Source: Geotalea uraniireducens Rf4 (lineage in GTDB: Bacteria > Desulfobacterota > Desulfuromonadia > Geobacterales > Geobacteraceae). Taken from it: a DNA stretch of 32,000 bases. The translations under genes and the position numbers were made by a program. The notes under the pieces are model-generated. The model had not been told where the DNA came from, searched no databases, and saw only the letters and a list, made by a program, of their open reading frames with translations. The stretch covers positions 2,220,001-2,252,000 of the forward strand of contig NC_009483.1 in assembly GCF_000016745.1 (NCBI RefSeq). Reading direction: 5' to 3'. Positions 25,535 through 32,000 of this stretch are shown piece after piece (within the stretch, counting starts at the first letter, position 1; each line of letters opens with the position of its first letter).

Positions 25535-28066
25535 ATGATCGAAGCTTATCTGAAACAAGAGGCCGAAAGGCAGGCTATGGGTATTCCCGCCAAGCCGCTC
25601 GACCCGGAGCAGACCGCTGATCTCTGTAAACTTCTGGAAAACCCGCCGGCAGGCAAGGAGTCATTTCTCCTCAACCTGCTGAAAGAAAGGGTTTCTCCCG
25701 GTGTTGACCCGGCCGCAGAAGTGAAGGCCGCTTTCCTGGCAAAAATCGTTAACGGCGCTGCAACGTCTCCCCTCGTCAGCAAAAAGGAAGCTGTGCAGAT
25801 CCTTGGCACCATGCTCGGCGGTTACAACGTGACTCCGCTGGTAGAAGCCTTGAAGGATGCCGCTTTGGCCGAAGATGCAGCCAAGGCCCTTTCAGGCATC
25901 ACCCTGGTTTATGATGCTTTTGACGAAGTGCTGGCCCTGTCCAAGACCAACGCCTCTGCCAAGAAGGTTGTGGAGTCCTGGGCAAACGCCGAATGGTTCA
26001 CTTCCAAGCCGGGCGTTCCCGCGACCATCAAAGTAAAGGTATATAAGGTTGAAGGTGAAATCAATACCGACGACTTCTCCCCGGCAGGCGACGCCTGGAG
26101 CCGTCCCGACATCCCGCTTCATTCACTGGCTATGGGCAAAACCCGTTTCCCGGACGGACTGGCAACAATTGCCAAGTACCGTGCCGACGGCTTCCAGGTT
26201 GCCTTTGCCGGCGACGTGGTCGGGACCGGTTCTTCCCGTAAATCGGCTTGCAACAGCGTCCTTTGGGCTAACGGCAACGACATCCCCTGCGTGCCCAACA
26301 AGCGCCGCGGCGGCGTGATCATAGGCGGCGTCATCGCCCCGATCTTCTTCAACACTGCCCAGGATTCCGGCGCCCTGCCGCTGAAAGCCGACGTGACCAA
26401 GATGAACACCGGCGACGTGATCATCATCGACACCGTCAAAGGCGAAATCAAGTCCGAAGGGGGCGAACTGCTCTCCACCTTCAAGATCAACCCCAATACC
26501 CTGGCTGACGAGTTCCAGGCCGGCGGCCGTATCCCGCTGATCATCGGTCGTGCGCTGACCGACAGGGCGCGCAATGCCCTCGGCATGGGAGCGACCGACG
26601 TCTTCACGCTGCCGGTAAACCCGGTGCCGAAAGCGGGGCAGGGCTATTCACTGGCGCAAAAAATGGTCGGCAAGGCATGCGGCGTGGAAGGTATCCTCCC
26701 CGGCACGGCTTGCGAGCCGAAGATGACCACCGTCGGTTCCCAGGACACCACAGGGCCGATGACTGCCGACGAGCTGAAAGAGCTCGCCTGCCTCAAGTTC
26801 CTTTCGCCCATGTTCATGCAGTCTTTCTGCCACACCGCTGCCTATCCGAAACCGGCTGATGTGAAGATGCACAAGACTCTGCCCAAGTTCATCACCGAGC
26901 GGAGCGGCGTGCCCCTCAAGCCTGGCGACGGCGTTATCCACTCCTGGCTGAACCGTCTCCTCCTCCCCGACACCGTCGGGACCGGCGGCGACTCCCATAC
27001 CCGTTTCCCGATCGGCATCTCCTTCCCGGCGGGTTCCGGTCTGGTCGCCTTTGCCGGCGCCCTCGGCTTCATGCCGCTGGACATGCCTGAGTCGGTTCTG
27101 GTCCGCTTCAAAGGCCAGCTGAACCCGGGCATCACCCTCCGCGACGTGGTCAACGCCATTCCTTACTGGGCGATCAAGCAGGGTCACCTGACCGTGCCGA
27201 AGAAGAACAAGGTCAACATCTTCAACGGCCGTATCCTCGAGATGGAAGGGCTTCCCGAACTCTCCGTCGAGCAGGCCTTCGAGCTGACCGACGCCGCTGC
27301 CGAAAGGTCGGCTGCTGCCGGTTGCATCAAGCTTTCCGAGCAGTCGGTTGCCACTTATCTCCGCTCCAATGTGGCGCTGATGAAGAAGATGATCGCCGAA
27401 GGCTACGAGGATGCCAAGACCCTGCAGAATCGCATTGACGCCGTCAACGAGTGGCTCAAGGCGCCGAAGCTTCTCGAAGCCGACGCCAACGCCGAATATG
27501 CTGCAGTTATCGAAATCAACCTGGCAGAAATCACCGAGCCGATCCTGGCCTGCCCGAACGATCCGGACGACGTCAAGCTCCTCTCCGAGGTTGCCGGCAC
27601 CCCGATTCAGGACGTGTTCCTCGGTTCCTGCATGACCAATATCGGCCATTTCCGCGCTGCTGCGGAAATCTGGCGCGGCCAGAAGTTCAACCCGGCCGTT
27701 CGTACCTGGATCTGTCCTCCGACCCGCATGGATCAGGCGCAGCTCAAGGACGAGGCGCTCTTCTCCATCTACAGCGCAGTCGGCGCACGGATCGAGATCG
27801 CTGGTTGCTCGCTCTGCATGGGCAATCAGGCCCGCGTACCCGATGGGGTGAACATGTTCTCCACCTCCACCCGTAACTTCGACGACAGGATCGGTAATGG
27901 CGCCAAGGTGTACCTCGGTTCCGCCGAGATCGGTGCGGTAATCAGCAATATCGGCAAGCTGCCGACTCCGGCCGAGTACCTGGCGATTTACAAGGAGAAG
28001 ATCGAACCGAAGAAGGCAGAAATTTACAAATATCTTCAGTTTGATGAGATGAACGGGTATAAATAG
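25535..28066 (+). CDS. acnB: Aconitate hydratase B / 2-methylisocitrate dehydratase
   Basis: 843 aa. The N-terminus MIEAYLKQEAERQAMGIPAKPLDPEQTADLCKLLENPPAG is the AcnB-specific HEAT-like domain. It is followed by swivel and catalytic domains with Fe-S Cys motifs (GSCMTN, CSLCMGNQ). Confidence 0.97.
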   Translation: MIEAYLKQEAERQAMGIPAKPLDPEQTADLCKLLENPPAGKESFLLNLLKERVSPGVDPAAEVKAAFLAKIVNGAATSPLVSKKEAVQILGTMLGGYNVTPLVEALKDAALAEDAAKALSGITLVYDAFDEVLALSKTNASAKKVVESWANAEWFTSKPGVPATIKVKVYKVEGEINTDDFSPAGDAWSRPDIPLHSLAMGKTRFPDGLATIAKYRADGFQVAFAGDVVGTGSSRKSACNSVLWANGNDIPCVPNKRRGGVIIGGVIAPIFFNTAQDSGALPLKADVTKMNTGDVIIIDTVKGEIKSEGGELLSTFKINPNTLADEFQAGGRIPLIIGRALTDRARNALGMGATDVFTLPVNPVPKAGQGYSLAQKMVGKACGVEGILPGTACEPKMTTVGSQDTTGPMTADELKELACLKFLSPMFMQSFCHTAAYPKPADVKMHKTLPKFITERSGVPLKPGDGVIHSWLNRLLLPDTVGTGGDSHTRFPIGISFPAGSGLVAFAGALGFMPLDMPESVLVRFKGQLNPGITLRDVVNAIPYWAIKQGHLTVPKKNKVNIFNGRILEMEGLPELSVEQAFELTDAAAERSAAAGCIKLSEQSVATYLRSNVALMKKMIAEGYEDAKTLQNRIDAVNEWLKAPKLLEADANAEYAAVIEINLAEITEPILACPNDPDDVKLLSEVAGTPIQDVFLGSCMTNIGHFRAAAEIWRGQKFNPAVRTWICPPTRMDQAQLKDEALFSIYSAVGARIEIAGCSLCMGNQARVPDGVNMFSTSTRNFDDRIGNGAKVYLGSAEIGAVISNIGKLPTPAEYLAIYKEKIEPKKAEIYKYLQFDEMNGYK

Positions 28067-28102
28067 GAAATGCGTCGAGTACAGCTGTTGCGGTAATTAA
28101 CA

Positions 28103-28138
28103 AAAAACCCCCGTCGGATATTCCGACGGGGGTTTTTG
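28103..28138 (+). terminator. Rho-independent terminator after acnB
   Basis: Stem AAAAACCCCCGTCGGA / TCCGACGGGGGTTTTT, GC-rich with a T tract. Confidence 0.85.
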
Positions 28139-28170
28139 CATAATCGGTTAGGTCCTTGAAATCTGCGTTT

Positions 28171-28211
28171 TCCCCCCTCTCCCTAACCCTCTCCCACCAG
28201 GGGAGGGGGGA
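28171..28211. repeat. C-tract/G-tract palindromic extragenic element
   Basis: TCCCCCCTC (28171-28179) pairs with GAGGGGGGA (28203-28211) and encloses CCCTAACCCTCTCCCACCAGG. More G/C tracts follow up to about 28270. It resembles the CCCTCTCCC...GGGAGAGGG extragenic repeats seen in many proteobacteria. Confidence 0.35.
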
Positions 28212-28312
28212 TTACAAACGCCCCTTCCTTCGATGGACCCAAAGGGCCTAAAGGAGGGGTTGGGGGAGGGTGCATGGCAATGTTTTCATGCCCAAAATGC
28301 CAAATGCAATTT

Positions 28313-28957
28313 CTAACCGGACAAACCGACGGCGCTGACGACTTTCTCGCCGTTGACTGTTGCATCGACTTTCCTGTAAAGCTCGATGGTTACTCCGGGA
28401 GGCAACGGATTGCCTTCAAAGAGATCGGCGGGGGGCGTCGGCGTTTCTTCCGTGTCGCCAAATGCATACTCGACAACGGTGTAGCGGCCGTTGTCGTTGA
28501 GCCAGATGAGACGGTCGTCCTCGGTGCCCGTTTCTTCACCGACGAGATAGGACCTGGTCGCCTGGCTGCTGCATTCACGCGGGTCGTTGACGGTCCTGAT
28601 CGAGTACAGGCAGCGCTCCAGTCGCTCGGCGCGCGCCATGACGTCACGATTGACCTTGGCTAGCTCCTTTTTTGCGGCCATCTCTGCATAGTTGGCTGCG
28701 GCAGAGAAGGCGATCCTGACCCAGCCGCCGGCGGCAGGTTCGGTGGCCCAAGCAGTGACGAATACTCCGTCCGTGCGCTTTTCCACGGCAACCTCGGCCG
28801 TACATCCGGCCGGTGATTTCCCTGACCACTTACGGGTACTGTTGATCTCATCGAACACCTTGGTGGTGCATTCGGCCAGGCTGGTAACTTCGACGGCAGC
28901 GGCCTGTGTTGCGACGAGGAGCAGCACCTGTATGAGGAGCGGGATAAGGTAATGCAT
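28313..28957 (-). CDS. Hypothetical secreted protein (214 aa, 4 Cys), family not recognised
   Basis: Strong RBS AAGGAGG 6 nt upstream of the ATG. The signal peptide is MHYLIPLLIQVLLLVATQAAA. The gene is convergent with acnB. Confidence 0.65.
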   Translation of the reverse strand: MHYLIPLLIQVLLLVATQAAAVEVTSLAECTTKVFDEINSTRKWSGKSPAGCTAEVAVEKRTDGVFVTAWATEPAAGGWVRIAFSAAANYAEMAAKKELAKVNRDVMARAERLERCLYSIRTVNDPRECSSQATRSYLVGEETGTEDDRLIWLNDNGRYTVVEYAFGDTEETPTPPADLFEGNPLPPGVTIELYRKVDATVNGEKVVSAVGLSG

Positions 28958-28972
28958 GTCAGCCTCCTTGTT

Positions 28973-29137
28973 AGGAGTCTGTCGGACTTAGGAATGAATC
29001 TACTGCGAGAATGGCAAATCGGTCCATATTTCCGTAAATTTTCGACGAATATGTCCACTATTCGCTCTCAAATTTCCGGAAATCTGTCCTCGATTTTCCA
29101 TCCTCTCGCTACGATTCCCTAAGTCCGATAGGCTCCT
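28973..29137. repeat. About 165 bp nested imperfect palindrome (structured element, candidate ncRNA leader or MITE-like element)
   Basis: Outer arms are AGGAGTCTGTCGGACTTAGGAAT (28973-28995) and ATTCCCTAAGTCCGATAGGCTCCT (29114-29137), about 21 of 24 complementary. Inner pairs are GCGAGA-ATGG/CCAT-TCTCGC, AAATCG/CGATTT and CATATT/AATATG. There is also a 12 bp perfect palindrome ATTTCCGGAAAT (29072-29083). Confidence 0.5.
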
Positions 29138-29395
29138 ATATGGTGTCGTCGCGCCTGAATAGACAACGATTGTACACCGCATCTTAATTAATAAACATTA
29201 TGAAATTATACCCGGAATCGAACAGAAATAAAGTCGATGCGAAAAAAATGTGGAAAATTTGTCAGATACGAATATATTGGCCCTTTACGGAGGAGTGTGG
29301 GGAAGTGGTGAAGCTTCCTTTATGGTCGGATTCAGGTTGGGAACTCTGATTGAGGGCTGTGAGCGGGGCATGTAAGTCTGTGGGAAGGATATGAT

Positions 29396-30469
29396 ATGAG
29401 CTTTGAACGAATTGGAAAAATGAATACTCTGATGGAACTAGCCACGTTGATCAATACGTCGCTTGATCCAAAAGAGATCAGGACCAGGGCAATCGAGGCG
29501 GGCATCACCCTGATGGATGCGGAGGCGGGAAGTCTGCTCCTCATCGACAGGGTGACCAATGAGCTGTATTTCGAGGTCGCCCTGGGAGAGAAGGGGGAAC
29601 TGTTGAAAGAGGTACGGATGACGCTCGGCGAGGGGTTCGCCGGTTGGGTTGCCCGTACGGGTGAACCGTTGATCGTTGACGATGTGCAGAACGATCCACG
29701 CTTTTACCGTAAGGCGGATGAGAAGAGCCGCTTCGTTACGCGCAACCTTATCGCAGCGCCACTGCGGGTGAAGGGAAAAACTCTTGGGGTGTTGGAGGTG
29801 ATGAACAAGCATAACGGCGCATTCACGGCAGAGGACATGGAGCTGTTCGTTTCTTTGGCCAACCAGGTGGCGCCTGCGGTTGAGAACGCCTATCTGTACG
29901 AAGACCTGCGGGAGACCTTCTTCGGCACTGCCCTGGCCTTGACCGAAGCCCTGGAGAAGCGCGATTCATATACGGGCGGGCATACCCGGCGGGTGCGGGA
30001 CTACTGCATGACCATTGGTGTCGGTATGGGGCTCACTAAGGACGAAATGGACAACCTGTTGCTCTCCGCCATCCTGCATGACATTGGTAAAATCGGTGTG
30101 CGGGACAGTATCCTCGGCAAGGAGGCCCCCCTTTCCCGGGATGAGGCGGCGGTCATGGGCAGCCATGCCCGCATCGGCGCCGATATCCTCCGGCATGTGC
30201 GTACCTTGAAAAATGTCGTGCCGGCAGTGCTTTCCCATCACGAGAAGTTTGACGGTTCCGGTTATCCCGCCCGGTTGAGGGGGGATGATATTCCGCTTAA
30301 TGCCCGTATCATCTCTGTGGCCGACACCTTCGACGCCATGACGACGGACCGCCCCTACCGCAAGGCCTTGAGTAAAGAGTCAGCCATGGCCGAACTGAGG
30401 CGTTGCAGCGGTACCCAGTTCGACCCGACTGTGGTCGAAGCGTTTGTTGCCGCATCGGCTGCCGAATGA
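29396..30469 (+). CDS. GAF domain-containing HD-GYP phosphodiesterase (probable cyclic-di-GMP hydrolase)
   Basis: N-terminal GAF domain (GSLLLIDRVTNELYFEVALGE...GFAGWVARTGEPLIVDDV). HD-GYP core with HDIGKIGV and HHEKFDGSGYP. RBS GGGAAGGA. Confidence 0.9.
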   Translation: MSFERIGKMNTLMELATLINTSLDPKEIRTRAIEAGITLMDAEAGSLLLIDRVTNELYFEVALGEKGELLKEVRMTLGEGFAGWVARTGEPLIVDDVQNDPRFYRKADEKSRFVTRNLIAAPLRVKGKTLGVLEVMNKHNGAFTAEDMELFVSLANQVAPAVENAYLYEDLRETFFGTALALTEALEKRDSYTGGHTRRVRDYCMTIGVGMGLTKDEMDNLLLSAILHDIGKIGVRDSILGKEAPLSRDEAAVMGSHARIGADILRHVRTLKNVVPAVLSHHEKFDGSGYPARLRGDDIPLNARIISVADTFDAMTTDRPYRKALSKESAMAELRRCSGTQFDPTVVEAFVAASAAE

Positions 30470-30550
30470 TTGAAAAGTATAAGTCGGGCTTGAGAACTTT
30501 TCTCCGGCATGGTTTAATGAATGAAAGAGCCTGGTTAACGGGAGGTATCG

Positions 30551-30883
30551 ATGCATGAAATGTCCATAACCCAAAGCGTGGTGGAGATCTGTACGCAAAA
30601 TGCCGGCGGTCGACGGGTGACGGCGGTGATTCTTGAAATCGGCGATCTGTCCGGCGTAGTTCCTGATGCGATAGAGTTCTGTTTCGAGGCCTGTACCAGG
30701 GATACCCAGTTGGATGGTGCACGACTGCTGATTGAGCGTGTTCAGGCTTTGGGCCGCTGTCGTGACTGCAAGGCTGAATTTGCGCTTTCTGCCTATTATG
30801 ACCCTTGTCCGGCCTGCGGCGGCTTCGGGGTCGATGTCCTGTCCGGCGAAGAGCTCCGGGTAAAGGAGCTGGAGGTTGAGTAA
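30551..30883 (+). CDS. hypA: Hydrogenase nickel-insertion metallochaperone HypA
   Basis: 110 aa. It has an N-terminal MHE nickel site and a zinc site CRDC...CPAC. RBS GGGAGG. Confidence 0.93.
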   Translation: MHEMSITQSVVEICTQNAGGRRVTAVILEIGDLSGVVPDAIEFCFEACTRDTQLDGARLLIERVQALGRCRDCKAEFALSAYYDPCPACGGFGVDVLSGEELRVKELEVE

Positions 30884-31090
30884 GCAACAGATGCCTTAGT
30901 CCTGCCGTTGTTTTCAAATCTTTTTCAATCCCTGCCGATAAATTAGTATCCTTTCGTCTGGACAAAATGAACCATTCCCGGACAAAAATACCCAAAAAGT
31001 GTGCGGATAAAAATATCCAATTTTGCTGGACCGTATTGCATGCTCACGTATTTTCAATGGGTTATGACAATGCAGCTATTTGTAAACATT

Positions 31091-31105
31091 TGGCACGGCT
31101 GTTGC
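31091..31105 (+). promoter_or_regulatory. Sigma54 (RpoN) -24/-12 promoter upstream of the hydrogenase small-subunit gene
   Basis: TGGCAC-GGCTG-TTGC matches the TGGCAC-N5-TTGC consensus exactly, 38 nt upstream of the ATG at 31143. Confidence 0.6.
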
Positions 31106-31142
31106 CGTATACGTTGGGTTTATGATTATGTCAGGAGGTGTT

Positions 31143-32000
31143 ATGAAGAAAGAAGAAGATTTTTTGTGTGCAGGGGTATCCCGAAGAAGTTTTATGAAAA
31201 CCTGCATAACTGCCACGGCCATGATGGGGCTGCCGTTCAGCATGCATACCAAGGTTGCCGAAGCGATGGAGAAAAACGGCAACCCTTCGGTAATCTGGCT
31301 GCATTTCCAGGAATGTACCGGTTGTTCAGAGTCGCTCCTCAGGTCTACCCATCCGACAATTTCGACTCTGATCCTGGATATGATATCCCTCGACTATCAC
31401 GAGACGTTGATGGCCGGATCAGGCGCCCAGGCTGAAAAGTCGCTGCACGATTCGATGCTCGCCAACAAAGGCAAGTACTTGCTGGTTGTCGAAGGAGCGA
31501 TTCCGACCAAGGAGAGCGGCATTTATTGCAAGGTCGGCGGCAAGACTGCTCTCGAATCCTTGCAGCATGCGGCTTCAAATGCGGCTGCCATCATCTCCAT
31601 CGGCACCTGCGCATCTTACGGCGGAATCCAGTCTGTCGGCCCGAATCCCACCGGCGCCGTAGGGGTGCGGGATATCGTCAAGGACAAGCCGATCATCAAC
31701 ATTCCCGGCTGCCCTCCCAGTCCCTATAATCTGCTTTCCACCGTGATGTATTACCTGACGTTCAAAAAAATACCCGAGCTGGATGCACTCGGACGGCCGA
31801 AATTCGCTTACGGCAGAAAGATCCACGAGCATTGCGAGCGGCGGCCCCATTTCGATGCCGGCCGGTTTGCCAAGGCGTACGGTGATGATACCCATGCCCA
31901 GGGATACTGCTTGTTCAAGCTCGGCTGCAAGGGACCTGCAACCTATGCCAACTGTTCCGTACAGCGCTTTAATGAAGTTGGCGTCTGGCCGGTATCTGTC
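31143..32000 (+). CDS. [NiFe] hydrogenase small subunit, Tat-exported (3' end off-window)
   Basis: Not in the ORF track because the frame stays open to the window edge. Translation by hand gives MKKEEDFLCAGVSRRSFMKTC... (twin-arginine motif), WLHFQECTGCSES, GTCASYGG, IPGCPP, HEHCERRPHF and GCKGPATYANC. AGGAGG RBS at 31133-31138. Confidence 0.92.
   Translation, partial: MKKEEDFLCAGVSRRSFMKTCITATAMMGLPFSMHTKVAEAMEKNGNPSVIWLHFQECTGCSESLLRSTHPTISTLILDMISLDYHETLMAGSGAQAEKSLHDSMLANKGKYLLVVEGAIPTKESGIYCKVGGKTALESLQHAASNAAAIISIGTCASYGGIQSVGPNPTGAVGVRDIVKDKPIINIPGCPPSPYNLLSTVMYYLTFKKIPELDALGRPKFAYGRKIHEHCERRPHFDAGRFAKAYGDDTHAQGYCLFKLGCKGPATYANCSVQRFNEVGVWPVSV

Noticed and set aside
26648-27649. 333 aa ORF on the minus strand inside acnB, with several other ORFs of 60-160 aa on both strands between 25.5 and 28 kb
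   Set aside because: It lies entirely antisense to or out of frame with the unambiguous AcnB reading frame. The composition is Arg/Gly/Leu-rich, there are no motifs and no RBS. These are typical stop-poor shadow ORFs in GC-rich coding DNA.
28274-28663. 129 aa plus-strand ORF starting MAMFSCPKCQ, overlapping the minus-strand secreted-protein gene
   Set aside because: Beyond the CPKC start, the sequence is Gly/Arg/Val-rich with no fold signature, and the start sits in the G-tract repeat. The opposite-strand ORF has a strong RBS and signal peptide, so that one was preferred. Moderate uncertainty remains.
21900-29395. Search for c-di-GMP/cGAMP (GEMM-type) riboswitches in the leaders of the Big_1, cohesin, acnB, orphan and HD-GYP genes
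   Set aside because: I could not find the conserved GGCAAA...ACGCAAAGC(C) core or the tetraloop/receptor arrangement on either strand. Only an Infernal scan could exclude divergent members.
30309-30995. 228 aa minus-strand ORF spanning the HD-GYP 3' end and all of hypA
   Set aside because: The translation is Arg/Pro-rich nonsense, while the plus strand encodes textbook HD-GYP and HypA motifs.
31001-31435. 144 aa plus-strand ORF, and ORFs 31526-31729 (+) and 31575-31895 (-), at the right end of the window
   Set aside because: They are out of frame with or antisense to the hydrogenase small-subunit frame that starts at 31143. That frame carries all diagnostic Tat and Fe-S motifs but is missing from the track only because it has no stop inside the window.

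Overview
The window looks like a chromosomal segment from a Desulfuromonadales/Geobacter-like bacterium; this is inferred from gene content only. Gene order from left to right:
- the 3' end of clpX, then lon, HU and a tRNA-Asp/tRNA-Val/tRNA-Asp cluster;
- an operon for a GT2 polyprenol-phosphate glycosyltransferase, a tiny membrane protein, a six-bladed NHL lipoprotein and two multihaem c-type cytochromes (4 and 8 haem motifs);
- a roughly 9 kb hybrid type II secretion / type IV pilus-like operon: GspF, GspE, PilM/N/O/P-like proteins, a TPR-lipoprotein secretin ending in a cohesin module, and two pseudopilins;
- the envelope/division cluster ftsE-ftsX-envC-like M23-ctpA;
- a terminator-bounded accessory cassette: a SARP/BTAD regulator, a Big_1-repeat lipoprotein and a secreted cohesin plus dockerin-like protein;
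- acnB, an orphan secreted protein on the minus strand, a GAF-HD-GYP phosphodiesterase, hypA, and the 5' part of a Tat-dependent [NiFe] hydrogenase small subunit behind a consensus sigma54 promoter.

The best candidate for an undescribed system is a cohesin/dockerin-type docking network tied to the atypical secretion machine. It would comprise the cohesin fused to the secretin C-terminus, a cohesin + dockerin-like secreted protein, and an Ig-repeat lipoprotein under a SARP regulator, possibly linked to the neighbouring NHL/multihaem cytochrome operon. Other points of interest are a base-composition step near 22-25 kb, a roughly 165 bp structured palindromic element in a divergent intergenic region, and a long palindrome-bearing leader upstream of acnB. 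No CRISPR array, transposase, integrase or recognisable defence genes were seen. All domain calls come from reading motifs by eye and need HMM or structure confirmation.
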